A DNA stretch of 64,000 bases, taken from the NCBI GenBank assembly GCA_946965045.2, contig OX337236.1, positions 3,162,001 through 3,226,000 of the forward strand. The letters are read 5' to 3'. A model generated the notes under the pieces. That model was given only the letters and a program-made list of their open reading frames with translations. It had not been told where the DNA came from and searched no databases. Origin of the DNA: Epithemia pelagica (Eukaryota; Protista; Bacillariophyta). Shown piece by piece: positions 11,812 through 24,092 of this stretch (the first letter of the stretch is position 1; every line of letters starts with the position of its first letter). Both the position numbers and the translations under genes were made by a program.

Positions 11812-12272
11812 GGTTTTGACTGCAGAATTTATGAGGATCAAGAGAGACTAATGCAGAGACTGCAAATTACACTGCGTTTTTGCGGCTGCTGGAATTGCTG
11901 ATGGGTACGGACTGTGTCGCATTGGGTGAGCAGCGCCACGTTCCATCAGAGTAGTGTCTGTCCACGCTTTCCAGACAGTGTCATGGTCCCTTTTTGTCAT
12001 AGGAAACTGTATGTATTGTGAGTGGCTGTGACAACAACGCGTGGAAGTTTTAGAGCGAAAGTGTCTGTCGTGCGTACGGTCAAGCGCGGGGCTGCGACTC
12101 GCACATAAACTTCATGACAGCAACACCAGCCACTCCACGCATCATAAAAGTCGTTGTCGTCCAAGTTTTTCATAGAAGCAGTGTCAGAAGCGACGCAAAT
12201 ATACAGCAAACATGCACGTTCCACTGTTTCACTTTTTAAGCTTGTTTGCTTGCACGGTTGGGAAAAAATACC

Positions 12273-13223
12273 ATGCCTACTGCCTTAGAAGAGAGCCTGG
12301 GCGCGATCACTGCAGCTTTTTCTCTGAATGAGGCTGCTGGCGCTAGTGGAGGAACTCTTGCGTCAACCAGAAGTTTGCAGGAGAAATTCCTCGAAGAGGC
12401 CGGCAAGCGTACAATCTTTGAAGCTCCTCCGAGAGAAAATGAAATGGATAACCCTCCTTTTCTGTCTCCAGTAATTCGAGCCCTTTTCGGAATTTACGAG
12501 GATGGGCTTCCTCGACGCTCGAATGTTTGCTTGGCTCCACCATCCACGTAAAAGACCGCTGCTGCAAAACACCTCATGCAGTGCCTTCCGAAACTACCGA
12601 ATGCTCCACATGGACTCATGATTTGTGGCGTTGCTCCCAATGATGACTATTTTGCGCACATGAGTAGCCTACTTGGTGCTTCAGGATCGACTGGTTGGGC
12701 TCGGGCCCTCATCCAGGCGCTGGGGCCTGATTTACAAGAGAAGCGACTTACTTCGATCCTCATTCTGGACGAATACAACTCACCCGGGTCGAACGATGTC
12801 AACATTTCATTTGCTAGAATGCTTTACAAGGCCTTTGTGGACCAGAATGTTTACTTGGTGTTTCTCACGCAGAATGAACGGGTCGCCAGTACGCTGTGTG
12901 ACCTCAACTTGAGGTCCAAAATAACTGCGCTCCCCACGGCAGTCCATAATCCAGACGCTCCACTCTCTGTAGATTTTAGTTGGAAAGAATTTCTCTGGGG
13001 CCGCAAACTCTTGACTAAATTCCTCGAATGCTTGGACAAGAAGGAGGCAACGCCGCACCCGGATATATTCCAAGGAAAGGACAAGGAGGGGGCGGTACCA
13101 TGGATTCATGAGCCCATGACTCCGCACAAGGCTCGATGGATATATGAATCAAAAGTTTGTGAGAGCAGTGAGAGCATAGACATGGGAAAGGTCTGCTCTG
13201 AGTTTCTGGGCGTCGACCCATAA
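12273..13223 (+). pseudogene. P-loop (AAA-like) ATPase copy 2, full length but with TAA replacing the Walker A Gly codon
   Basis: PPST*KTAAAK at 12549-12551 (GGA in copy 1); Walker B ILILDEYN and LTQN downstream; both ORFs are in the same frame. Confidence 0.85.
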
Positions 13224-13563
13224 GTCTCGTACATGTCATGGATTCTGACTCGTCCCTGCATTCCCCGCTCTTGGCTATTTGTCGCATTGTCTGGGAAGAA
13301 GGCTTCCAAACCATGCTCAACTCTGGATATGTCGTCGTACGCTTTCTTCTCAATGTCGTAAGTCCAATACATGCCGAATGTCGAGCATGCCGATCCTGCT
13401 GTGAAGCAAAGAATGTGCAACATCATCCAAATGGGACCCGAAAACCTTTCGACCATCCATTTTCCAAGGAAACGCAGAGACACGACTATAGTGGAATCAA
13501 TTAGGAGTAAAACATTATTTGAATTGGCCTCATAGGGCGAAAAGCCTGTCGCACGTATATACG

Positions 13564-14123
13564 AATAGAATTGGAGAATGCAAGTCGTTTGTGGAACAAT
13601 CCACCTAGGTAGGCGTAGGAGTATAGGTGAAGGCACAATCTCCTGTTGCCCACGCAGACACATTGCCCACTCCCGAATGGATGATGGACACAGTCATCCA
13701 ATGTGTACTCCCGAGGAATCATTCGAGGAGGCCCCTACTACAATAGGTAGGAATAGTTTGTCCCGGTCGATGGACCACGCCATGTCTTTCCGGTCCCATT
13801 TCTTGTGTCGGAAAAAATGGTAGGTTCTGGAAGGAGACCGCCGAGACGGTTTCGTTCTACGAGAGAGAGAGAGAAAAAAGCGCACTTGACCAAAGTCTCT
13901 ACATACTACCTAGCTTGTCGGTCCTGGTCACCACTGCAACACAATTATTATTGTTGAGATTGCGTTTGGAATCCTTGTCTACCTACGTACTAGAGAACGA
14001 GAATCTCGAGAGCCACCCCAGAACTATATCGGAGAGTACCATAGCAATAGAAAATGTGTCGCTGCGATGGAAATTTCAAAAAGTAGTGCGGTCGACAGGC
14101 GACCCGGTCATGGAATGAGGTTT
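13564..14123. repeat. Segment X, inverted copy of about 57457-58021
   Basis: Colinear match from AATAGAATTGGAGAATGC to GGTCATGGAATGAGGTTT; the ORF track gives paralogous peptides MSVLVTTATQLLL at 13915 (+) and 57668 (-). Confidence 0.85.
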
Positions 14124-14593
14124 GCCGTAACGGTCCATTGCGCAATCACTGTGGGTCACGTAGTAGTAATCTGTAGTAGTATTGGTTGAAGTGTAGAGCA
14201 TTCCACCCTCGTTTGTCGCGCAAGCACTGCCCAGCAGCACCGGGTCATTGTCTCATCCACACCCTTTCCAAAATGCAAACAAAAACCAAGGAGAAAAGTC
14301 CTCGAGAGGAACACAACAACAACCACCACCAGGAAACCGCTTCCGAGGCACAGGAATAAAGAATTCATTGTCCTTCGTTCTTGTGAACTCTGAGGTTGGT
14401 GATGCCACTTCGGAACATTGGTGGGTCTTTTAGGCAAGGCTATCTGGCTCGTGCCAACGGAAAGAGTGGTAATGAAGCTTCGGGACATTGCTGGGAGTTC
14501 TGGCCCGCACATTGGCCCAATCCATTTATTGGAGGATAGCATTCCAATAAACTTCCTCAGTCGCACACTCCTATCATGTGCATTGCAGATTCA

Positions 14594-17500
14594 TCATATC
14601 ATGTCTCGTTTTCTGTTCCACTCTTCTGGAGCGTATCCTAGCAGTAGAGCAGCTTGTCGATTTTCCGCTTCCAAATCTTCCCATGCATGAGTTGACATGG
14701 CCGGTGGATCAAAGTCCATGTTCCATATCTTGGGATTGAATTCGAGCTTTTGTGCCGCACGTTGCGCTGTAACCAAGAAGTACAAGTGGTGAGAGTGGAA
14801 ATACTACAGAGCTTGTTGTCCCCATGGCGTAGCTTCCTATCCGTAAGTGATGCGTACCATAATGGGGAAGTGCATTCCAATCCAACTCCCCATAGCGAAC
14901 TTCCATGGTAGCCTCAACACCATGTTCCAATCGACCAGCCTTTGTCTGTTGTGCCTTGTTGTGGTGGTGTGTAGTATGGTCTTTCCATGTGACTCCCTCT
15001 TCTTCCAGTTTGCTCTTGTTTTGAATCTTCCACGCAACTTTTTCCCAATTCGATCGCAGGAGGAAATACAAATTGGGCGCCCCCGAACACGTGTAGCCAA
15101 TCACGACCGAACTCGCCAATCCCTGCAGATCATAGCCACACAAAATGGTTGCCCCGGCCGATAGGGGAAGCGTGACGCCCCAACTCCCGATAAAGCCCAT
15201 GGCAGTGGCCAAACCAAATCGATCTTGTGCTCCCAATAAGCTCCACGTCATGGAACCAAACACCATGGCAACATTCCCCATGCACATGTACGGGACCAAT
15301 TCGGCAAGCATGCCCTGCAGTGTCTCTTCGTGCGTGAACCATCCAGGCAGTTGTCCATGAAAGGCAATAACGGGCAGAACGACCAGGACTGCTACGACAA
15401 CCGAAACAAAGAGGGATTTGTGCGCACAGTAACGTGCCCGTTTGGTTTGTCCCGATCCTAGTAAGTAGGCAACCCGCACTTCGGCCGCATCGGCCGAGGC
15501 CAATCCAATTTCCTCCATGGCCTCCCACAAATCGCCCAGCAAGCCCCAGACGGCCACTTCGGCGGGTCCCATGAATCCTGCAAACACAAACATGACCTCC
15601 CATTCCCCAAAGGCCATAAATTATCCCAAGGCTAGCGGAATGGCTTGTTTGAGAAACAAGCGTACCGCCCGACGATTGGCAATCGCAAAGCTTCCCACCA
15701 TGCCGCTCCAAAATCCATCCAACCAACCGTACCATAGTATCACAAAGACATTGGGAGTCAAAAAGACACATTCCAAAATCAAATGAATCATGCCGATATC
15801 TCGCAACGTGGTTATTTCGGGTCGAATCAGAACCACATACAGGACACATCCCAAACTGGTGGCACTGGAACAGAGTCCAAAGAGTGTTGCATAAATCTCG
15901 TGCCCCGTCACTTCCAACAGATAATACAACCCTTCATCAATGGGTCCCACAAACTCGTGGACAAACCCAATTTGAGCATAGGCAAAGGCACTATCGGCCA
16001 CCTCTTGGCCAAAGCCCAACCACACAATGACATCTTCCATATACCGGAGTCCAACAAAGGCAAAGGGGATGAGCAAGAGCTGGTAAAACAAGACGGCCAA
16101 TTGTACCATTTGTCCCGCCAAGTGATACTTTTTGGCACCGACTGCATGGCTGCACAGTGTGTACAGCGACGTGTTGGCACCCTCCATAATCATGGTAGAC
16201 AGAGTAAAGACGACTTGGACGGAATAATGCGCGCACAATTCCGTCGTGCCGAGCAAACGACCAATGACAGCCACTTCCATGAGTCCAAAGACATGTTCGA
16301 ACAATACCGTCATGGCAAAGGGCAAGGATGCTTGAATCAAACCCTTCATTTCGGAATCCCACGAGGCACATTTGGCAATCTTGTGACGGAACCGTTTCGA
16401 ACACAGGAATCGCCACCAGGGACGTTTGCCGCAACAGAGATCAATATTGACTGGCTGTTTTCGATGCGTGGTCCTGTCTTTCTTGTTGTGGTGTAGTTTA
16501 CTGGATGGGTCTGATGAGAGCAGTAGTTGCTTGGTAGGTGAATCCATAGGAGAGTTACCTGCCTCTCCACCAGGACTCGATAAGTTGGCTGGGATTCGCG
16601 ACAGGTGCTCAGCGTGCTTATAAAGATGAGGGATGAGTGTTCCTTTCGTGTCTTCCTCCTTTTCTTGCTCTGGTTGCTCTTGCTGTAGTGGTTGATGATG
16701 TGATTCCAGTTTGGATCCGCATTCTCGTGTCGTCGGCCATGGTCGGACCCGAATTTGATGTTGTTGTTCTCGGTGGTGGTGTCGTCGTGAGGAGTTGCAG
16801 ATCGACATAGCCACCCGTGGCAATAATTTCCGCTGCTGCTGCTGTGGTGGTTGCAGCAGCCAGGTCCAGTGTTTGTTCGGACAGCAACATGCCGTCCTGA
16901 TTGAAATCCACCTCGGTGTTGTTGTGGGTCCGGTGGCCCTCTGGTGATGGTAGTGGTGATGGCGATGGTAGATGGAGGGGTCCATTGGGTATCACCAAGG
17001 ACGTTACAGGACGTTGACGGATACTACGACGATGGCGGCGACTGGACGGCGAATGAGACGACAGCGAGGAGGACGAAAAGGATGAGGACAAACCACCACC
17101 CGGAGATTGCGACGAGACTTCATCGTCCCAGGCAAAGGCCGATTCATCGTACGCCAAGTAAATGGTACCATCTTCCTCCGTACTATTCGTCTGGTTCTTG
17201 TCGTCGTTCTTGTCGTGGCTGTCCGTGGGAGAGTCGGCGGCAAAGATGGGAAGTTCCAAATGGTGACACGTCCATGGCGTCTCGAGTGGTTGAGAACTTA
17301 TTGTGGTGGTTGGCTTGGTATTGTGATTGTTGGTGGGGGATGGAGGAGGAGCAAAGGATCGTACCACTTGCGCCGCTCGTTGGACTCGATTTTGTCGATT
17401 GCGTTTGGGTTTCCATCGCAACCACCACAAAAAGGGACGTGTCGTGGTGCTTGTGCTGGAACTTGTTGGAGAAGGATCCGAAAATGGTTCCAGCCACCAG

Positions 17501-18249
17501 GGATCTTGCGTGTGGTGGTGCCGTTGTTGCTCGCGTCGCACCCGCTGTTCTTTCTGTGTCAAGCTGTAGGCGGACGCATTGTCATCCTCCTCCTCCTCCG
17601 TATCACAATCATCTTGTTCTTGTTGTTTGGTTGTTTCCTTGCCGACTGTTGTTTGGTGGAACAATTCCTTGTCCGTTTCTCCCAATACAATCATTGGCTG
17701 ACCATTCTTGTTGGATGGCAGAGCATTCTCCTTGTTGGTCTGGTTGTTCCTGTCGTTGTCGTTGGTGGTTGTGGGTACCGCTGATTGGTGGAAACTCTGG
17801 TCCTTGTCGTCGTGGTCGGTGGTGGTCGTGGGTATGGAAGATAGTTGAGATTGTGGTGGCGGTGATGATGGTTTGGGACGGTCCTGGCTTTCCGAGTGTC
17901 GTGTGTGCCAACGGTGGAACCGTTTCCTTCTCTTATTGTTGTTGTTGTTGTTTTTGGAATGACTGTTCTTGTGGTGGTTGGCAAACCGTACCTTGTCTCG
18001 GACCGCCATACAAAACGGCACCAATACAATAATCAGAATACTGACCGTGAGAGTGACAGAAAGGGCAGTGGGACTGGGATCGATCGTGCCCCTTTGATAG
18101 CCATGAAAGAGGACGTCGGGTTGTTGTGGTTGTTGTGGTTGTTGATGGTACAACACTTGTGGTTGTTGTTGTTGTGCTCGTCGACTGGTTCTTGTGGTCG
18201 GTGATGGTGGCGCCTGTGCTCTCTGGAAACGGTCCGTAAGGTGGCTCAT
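14594..18249 (-). CDS. MATE-family multidrug/toxin efflux transporter with long low-complexity N-terminus; frameshift near 16730, in-frame TAA at 15621-15623, intron 14767-14857
   Basis: MATE-like helices and motifs (EMKGLIQASLPF, TLCSHAVGAKKY, GEWEVMFVFAGFMGPAEVAVW, VRVAYLLGSG, LGAQDRFG); C-terminal W..L...AA..LG...W repeats; GT-AG intron in phase. Confidence 0.85.
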
Positions 18250-21128
18250 TGGATCCTACTACCTATTATTAGGAAGGCAATTATTTCCTTCCAGGAAATG
18301 TCGTTGTTGTTGTTGTGGTTCTTCCAACCTGTGCCGGTAGACAGACAATCTTCATGCAGACAGTCAGTCAGGAAGGGACACAACACGGGGCACCGAGTTC
18401 CACAACACCAACACCTAGCCGTGTGACAGGTCTCTATTGGAAGATGGGAAACTCTCTATAGAATAGAGTTGTTGTTGTTGTTGGATTGGAAGAAGAAGAA
18501 GAAGAGGATTGGCGTTTGGTGGTTTCTTGTTGGCCACACAAGAGAAGCTTTGGATACACACACAACCTACAAATTCATTCGATTCGCCTTGAGCCAACGC
18601 CCTTGTAGCAACCCGAACGCATTCTAACCTTGTGCGTTTGCTTGTATTTGTTTGTTTGTTTGTTTTTAATTGGAATGTTGTTGCTTCTTCCAACCGAGAA
18701 CTTCACCGGGTGACGTCGAGAGGTGCTCCAGTGGTTTGTCCGAAATTGTGACCAATGATTGGTGGAGCCGCGTGAGGTCAAAACTATTTAAGTTAAGTAT
18801 TCTTTGGACATGGCACGAGAAGTGCGTCCAACTGCCCATTACCAATTAGGGGCAATGGTTCAAATTTTGGTGTGAGGCCGTGCCGGATTGGTCGAAAACA
18901 TGTGCTCCAACTCCACAGCATGCGCCGCACGTGCCAAAGCAAAAATTTGCATTCCAAACGCATGGGTCACCGACTTCCGACCCCGAGACGGAAACGCGAG
19001 GTGAGACAACCAGGGAGCCTTGGAACGTGTACGCCTCTCTCCCCGAATAAAAATAAAAGAGGGTGCGTCGACAAATGACATCATGGTTCATTTAGGGTAA
19101 AATGGAAACAGAATGACGAGAGAAAACGACAGCAACCACAAGAGCAAGACATTGCCTATTGGCTAGTTCCTGGATTTTCAATGGCATTGATGTTTCCATT
19201 CATTCATCTCTCCGCACACAGGAGGAGGCAACATGAAGGGAGTCCTCGTGTTGATTCCATCGGACAGGCGTGACAGGTCTCTCTAGGTAGAACTCCTACA
19301 ACAAAACCAACGTTCTCAAATACACTACTCTCCATGCCAAGTGACGCTACTCCTCCATACGGCCCTCACACATTCCGCTGCTCCTTTGCGGCTATAAACC
19401 TATCCAAAATCCCCTTCTCTTTCTCCTCCACACTCGTTTCTTGGAACAAATCGCGCAAGATTCGTCCGTCACTGCACCGCCATGCCTTTATTCTCCGACC
19501 GATCCTGGTCTCTTCTGTTTCACTACCTCCTGGTAACGGTGGACCCGAGACCAGTAGACTGCCGCTGCAAGGCGTGGATCTGGCGTCGACGAGCGTCCTC
19601 TTCTTTCATCCGTACGACCCAAACGTAGCTTCAAATACTCAGGTCTCTTACCAACTCGGCTGTTATGTAGTCTTGTGTAGAGATGCTAGAGACGGAAGGC
19701 GTTCGACTACCTTCTAGCTAGGGCACTAGCTGAAGTCATTTTCCCGACCTTTTAACCCAACCAGTTGTTCGTTGCAAGTTGGAAGCGAGAGCCTTTCCTT
19801 CTTTGTATAGGTTTTGGATTTTGGAACAGGGGACGCGACAAAGCGGTCCTCCTGGTCATGAACCTTGTGGCCGCGGCGAATCCACATGGTCGGAATTTTC
19901 CTCCCCCCACAATGATCCCCCCAGTTCTGGCGCGTCCGAACGAGGGACACACGACACACAAGTCCCGGATTCTTTGACCATTATAAGCTAGACTGTAAAA
20001 CTTTATAGTAATCTGTAGACTGCCGGGGGATGGGAGTCTCTCGTTCGGAGTCTCGATTTGCAACCACACAATCCCCAATACACTACATTCCCCTACCTAG
20101 GTAGATGGAGATATGCGTTGGAAGGAAGCGTTGCTGCCAAGGCCGGCTTCCCGTTTTAGTAACAACGGAAGTGGGGACCCTCCCGCCGGTCCGACACGGC
20201 TGACGCGTGTGATACTGTTCTTGTGGGGTTCTCGCTGAAGACACATTCAACGGTCCCGTTCAACGGACCTTGACACAAACACCACACGCGCCGGCCATGG
20301 ACCGTTGGGACCCGAACGATCGATCCGTTCAAATTGGCTGCTGTGGCCGGCGCGTCTCAACGAAGGTCCGGCATGTAACAAAGTTTTGGGTCGGGTTCCC
20401 TCGTGTCCGTTCAACGAGGCTTCGGGTTGCATTGTTAGAACGTTGATCTGGGGCAGGCATGTGTGTTTACTTAAGCTCTTAGGAAGTGTTCGTTCTAAAT
20501 AATCCTTCAACGAATGTGGTAGGTATCCATGCCTTGGCTTTTTGAATGTGAGAAATGAATGAAGTCGAGAACAGTGTGCGGTCTCTAGCATTATTTCTTT
20601 GGGGAGCCGAAGCAGAGGCATCAAGGAGGCAAAGACCAGCTCTCTCTCATCGCCTTTATTATAATTATTTTTCTTGGTTGCGGTGGTTGTCTCCTCTCCA
20701 TTCATCCAAGCCCTTCACCTTGACGACAACGACAACGAGATTCTTTTGGAACCAACAGCTCTCATCGCGGCCCACCCGTTCGTATTGCAGCATTCGATTT
20801 CTCTCCTTTGTGCCAGCAAGTCATTGGATTCCAAAACACACACGCACACGCACACATATAGATCTCTCTACGAATGCCCACAACCGTCATTCGATCCACC
20901 ACCTCTGTACGAATCCTCAACCCAACCTGAATTTGGGGAATAGTCTTGGTTTGTTCGAATTCTGTCCAACCAGCACAACAACAATAACAACAACACTGAA
21001 CGCTCCGTGGTTCTTGTCTCAGACCACGAAACCCCATACCTTCACCTCCACCACAACTATCCCAACAAGTGCATCCAACGCGCTTCCTTTACCTACATAC
21101 ATACAAGTAAACTATCATCCGTCTCAAC

Positions 21129-23031
21129 ATGGCAGGTAAGAATCGTGGTGTGCCTACGAGTGTTTGTTTGTCTGTGTGCGGGGCCATGGCATGGATGAGT
21201 AACTCTACGAAAAGGCGAATGACGCCAGGTCCATTCATGGGGCATGAATGCCAAGGGTCCTTTGGGAATCGCGCTCGTGCGGAGCTTGCTCCCACAGTTC
21301 CGGCTCTCGGATGTGTTTCCTCGTGGAACGGGTAGCATTTCGTGGGCAAGGGGTAGCATTTCGTACGATGTCTGTGCGTCCACCGTATCCGTTGTCGGGA
21401 TCCGTTGGACCAAATTTTGGTCACGCGGTGCCGAGGCGCGTTCGTTTCCGTTGAGAAGGAGACTTGGAGAGTTTTGGACTGTCTCGTCGAGTCGAAAAAA
21501 TCAAACCACCGTCTCATCTCTCTCTGTGTATTTTTGTGCTCGTTTGGGTCGATTGGGTGTGTGTTGGAACTGGATTGATATTTTTGGAACGGTGGAATTG
21601 CGCGATACAGGCGGTACGTTGACTTCGGACGAATTGTTGTTGGTGAAACCGAGTAGTCGTCGGCGGAGTTCGGCAGACGATTCGACAAGAGGCCGGAGCA
21701 GTCGTCGCGTGGCCCCCGTGACGAGCAATAGCAGCAGCAGCATGAGTAAGACGAGCAGCAGTGGCGCCGCCGAACGGCGTCGGGCCTCGCAACGACCATC
21801 GCAACCCTTGCTGCAACCCTCGCGCAGCAACAAGGCAGGGTTGCGGATTGAATCGACTCGCAATGTGGGTGGCAAATCCATTCGTCCGGGAAGTGGACGC
21901 AATCGATCGCCGGGCAAGACTCGTATGGCCTCAGTACAGCCCGTGGGGTCACAGTCCACGGCTACGGCTACTACCAGCAGCAACAACAATAGCAACAACA
22001 ACAAGACGCCCGACTTTATTACCCAAACGGACCGCTATGGCAATGCATCCACACCGCGATCGAACGATGCCATTCAACGCGCTCGGATAGGACATCCCAC
22101 TGGACCCAAACCCCATTTGCACGTGAATCAAAAGGGGGCTTTGGTCGAAACCGACAGCAAGGTGGAAGACGAGTCATCGCCCTTGGAAGCCTGTGCCGAA
22201 ACCATGATGGACAGTTTGCAGATACTCTGTTGTTGTGACGTGGACCAAGCGGCGTCTTCGAGCAACAATAATAAGTCGAATACGAAAAAGCTCCCAGAGC
22301 CCCAAGATGAAGACGATCACACGGAATCGACGGCCGACGATACACCCAAGCTCTTGCCGCGATTGCATCCGGACGATGCGGGCAAAAAGTGTTTGGTCTT
22401 GGATTTGGATGAAACCTTGGTGCATTCCAGTTTCCGGGCCGTACCCGGGGCTGATTTTGTCATTCCTGTACAGGTATGTGTGGGAAAACGGTGGCGGACT
22501 TGGAATTGAATAGAATCATGTATCTCACCAGTGCATCTGTGATTGTATTGTTGTTGTTCTTGACTACAGATTGAAGATGTGGTGCACTTTGTCTATGTCG
22601 CCAAACGGCCGGGTGTGGATGACTTTTTGGTGGAAATGGCCAAGCATTACGAGATTGTCATTTACACGGCCAGTCTCAACAAGTATGCCGATCCCCTTTT
22701 GGATTTGTTGGATCCCCACAAGACGATTCGAACACGGCTCTTTCGGGAATCCTGTGTCTACTTTGAAGGCAATTACGTCAAGGATTTGAGTTTGTTGGAC
22801 CGCGATTTGTCGCAAACCATTATTGTCGACAACTCGCCCAGTTCCTACTTATTCCATCCCGAAAATGCCATTGATTGTACCTCCTTTATTGACGATGTCA
22901 AGGATCGCGAATTGGATCAAATTGCCCGATTCTTGGCCGATGTCCGCAAGGTGGACGATGTACGAACCGTGTGTCATCAATGGAAGGACTGGCCCGTCAC
23001 TAAGGACGCGCCAGGCTCCCGACGGTCCTAA
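21129..23031 (+). CDS. CTDSP: CTD small phosphatase (SCP/PSR, NIF domain); exons 21129-21135, 21611-22473, 22570-23031
   Basis: HAD motif [16 protein letters not shown]; KRPGVDDFL; FRESC; [10 protein letters not shown]; VDNSP. Intron 22474-22569 is secure; the first micro-exon is inferred. Confidence 0.92.
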
Positions 23032-23955
23032 GCCACTGCCGTTGTTGTCGTCGTCGGACACACTCACACACACCACTGGACGCTACCACCACGGTTTCTC
23101 GACTGTCGTGTGTGTTGCATTCGGGAGCTGGACCCTCCCACTCCTATTTCGTTGAACGTTACAAAACTCATATATACCGTTGTAAAATAGTCTCCAAGGT
23201 TATGGATCTTTGACAATTATGTGCTATAGTCAAAGAGCGCGAAGAATCGCATGCGAGATTCAGGAGGAGCAAGTGTGGAGGATCTGGACCGACCCCACGA
23301 CAAGATCACGCGCATCGTGCGTCCGTCCTAATAGACTGCGTATACTCACCTGGATCCGTTCGGGGACTGCTACACACCGCGTGTTTTATGTGGCTTGAGA
23401 TGGTGCAACCACCGACCAAAACACACTCCCACTGAGAGCCTTGGATACAACAGAACCGTGTACGTACATCTGGAGACAAAGGGTATAGACGAGACACTGT
23501 GACGCGATCACACACACACTCGAATGAGAGTATCAAACGCAATTCTAGACGACGGTGTTGTGGCACCATGAATAGACTAACTACGATACGGTACACAATA
23601 CACAGGCAATTCTCGTCTGAGTCGAACGATCCCCCCCTCGTTGCATCTATTTCTGCCCTCTGATAAGAAGTGACCCCGTTTTTCATTTCAGCGCCCCCCA
23701 CACGTGCTGCACATGTCCGTCGCCGGAAGCAGCTTTTTGTTGGACGTCTTCTTTTCTCTGCAGCATTTGGCAGGAATCTTTGTTTCAAGGTTACTTCACG
23801 ACGTCTTTGGAAGACTCTTCATCTCATCAGATCTCGCTCCACGGATAGATATTGTTGGAATACACATTTCTTGGTAGCCCAGTCTTTGTCTCGAATCTCA
23901 TCAAGCCACAACAACTAATTTGGCACCCCATTGTCCATTTCTCTCGAGAGGTGCA

Positions 23956-23956
<1 letters not shown>

Positions 23957-24009
<53 letters not shown>

Positions 24010-24010
24010 C
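23957..24010. repeat. (AAC)18 microsatellite just upstream of XRN1
   Basis: Direct reading: 54 bp of perfect AAC repeat. Confidence 0.95.
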
Positions 24011-24092
24011 GCCCACTCGTCGTTTCAATCTCTCTCTCTTTGAATCTCTCGGACTCGTTTGTTCAATCGATTGAAGTGGATTCATCATCATC

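Noticed and set aside
15783-18032. Long + strand ORFs (15783-16496, 16944-18032, 17107-17784)
   Set aside because: Antisense to the MATE gene; stop-poor because of triplet repeats.
18700-20700. Promoter motifs (TGACGT, CCAAT-G-ATTGG) and assorted short ORFs between MATE and CTDSP
   Set aside because: Short motifs expected by chance; the ORFs lack coding-like features.
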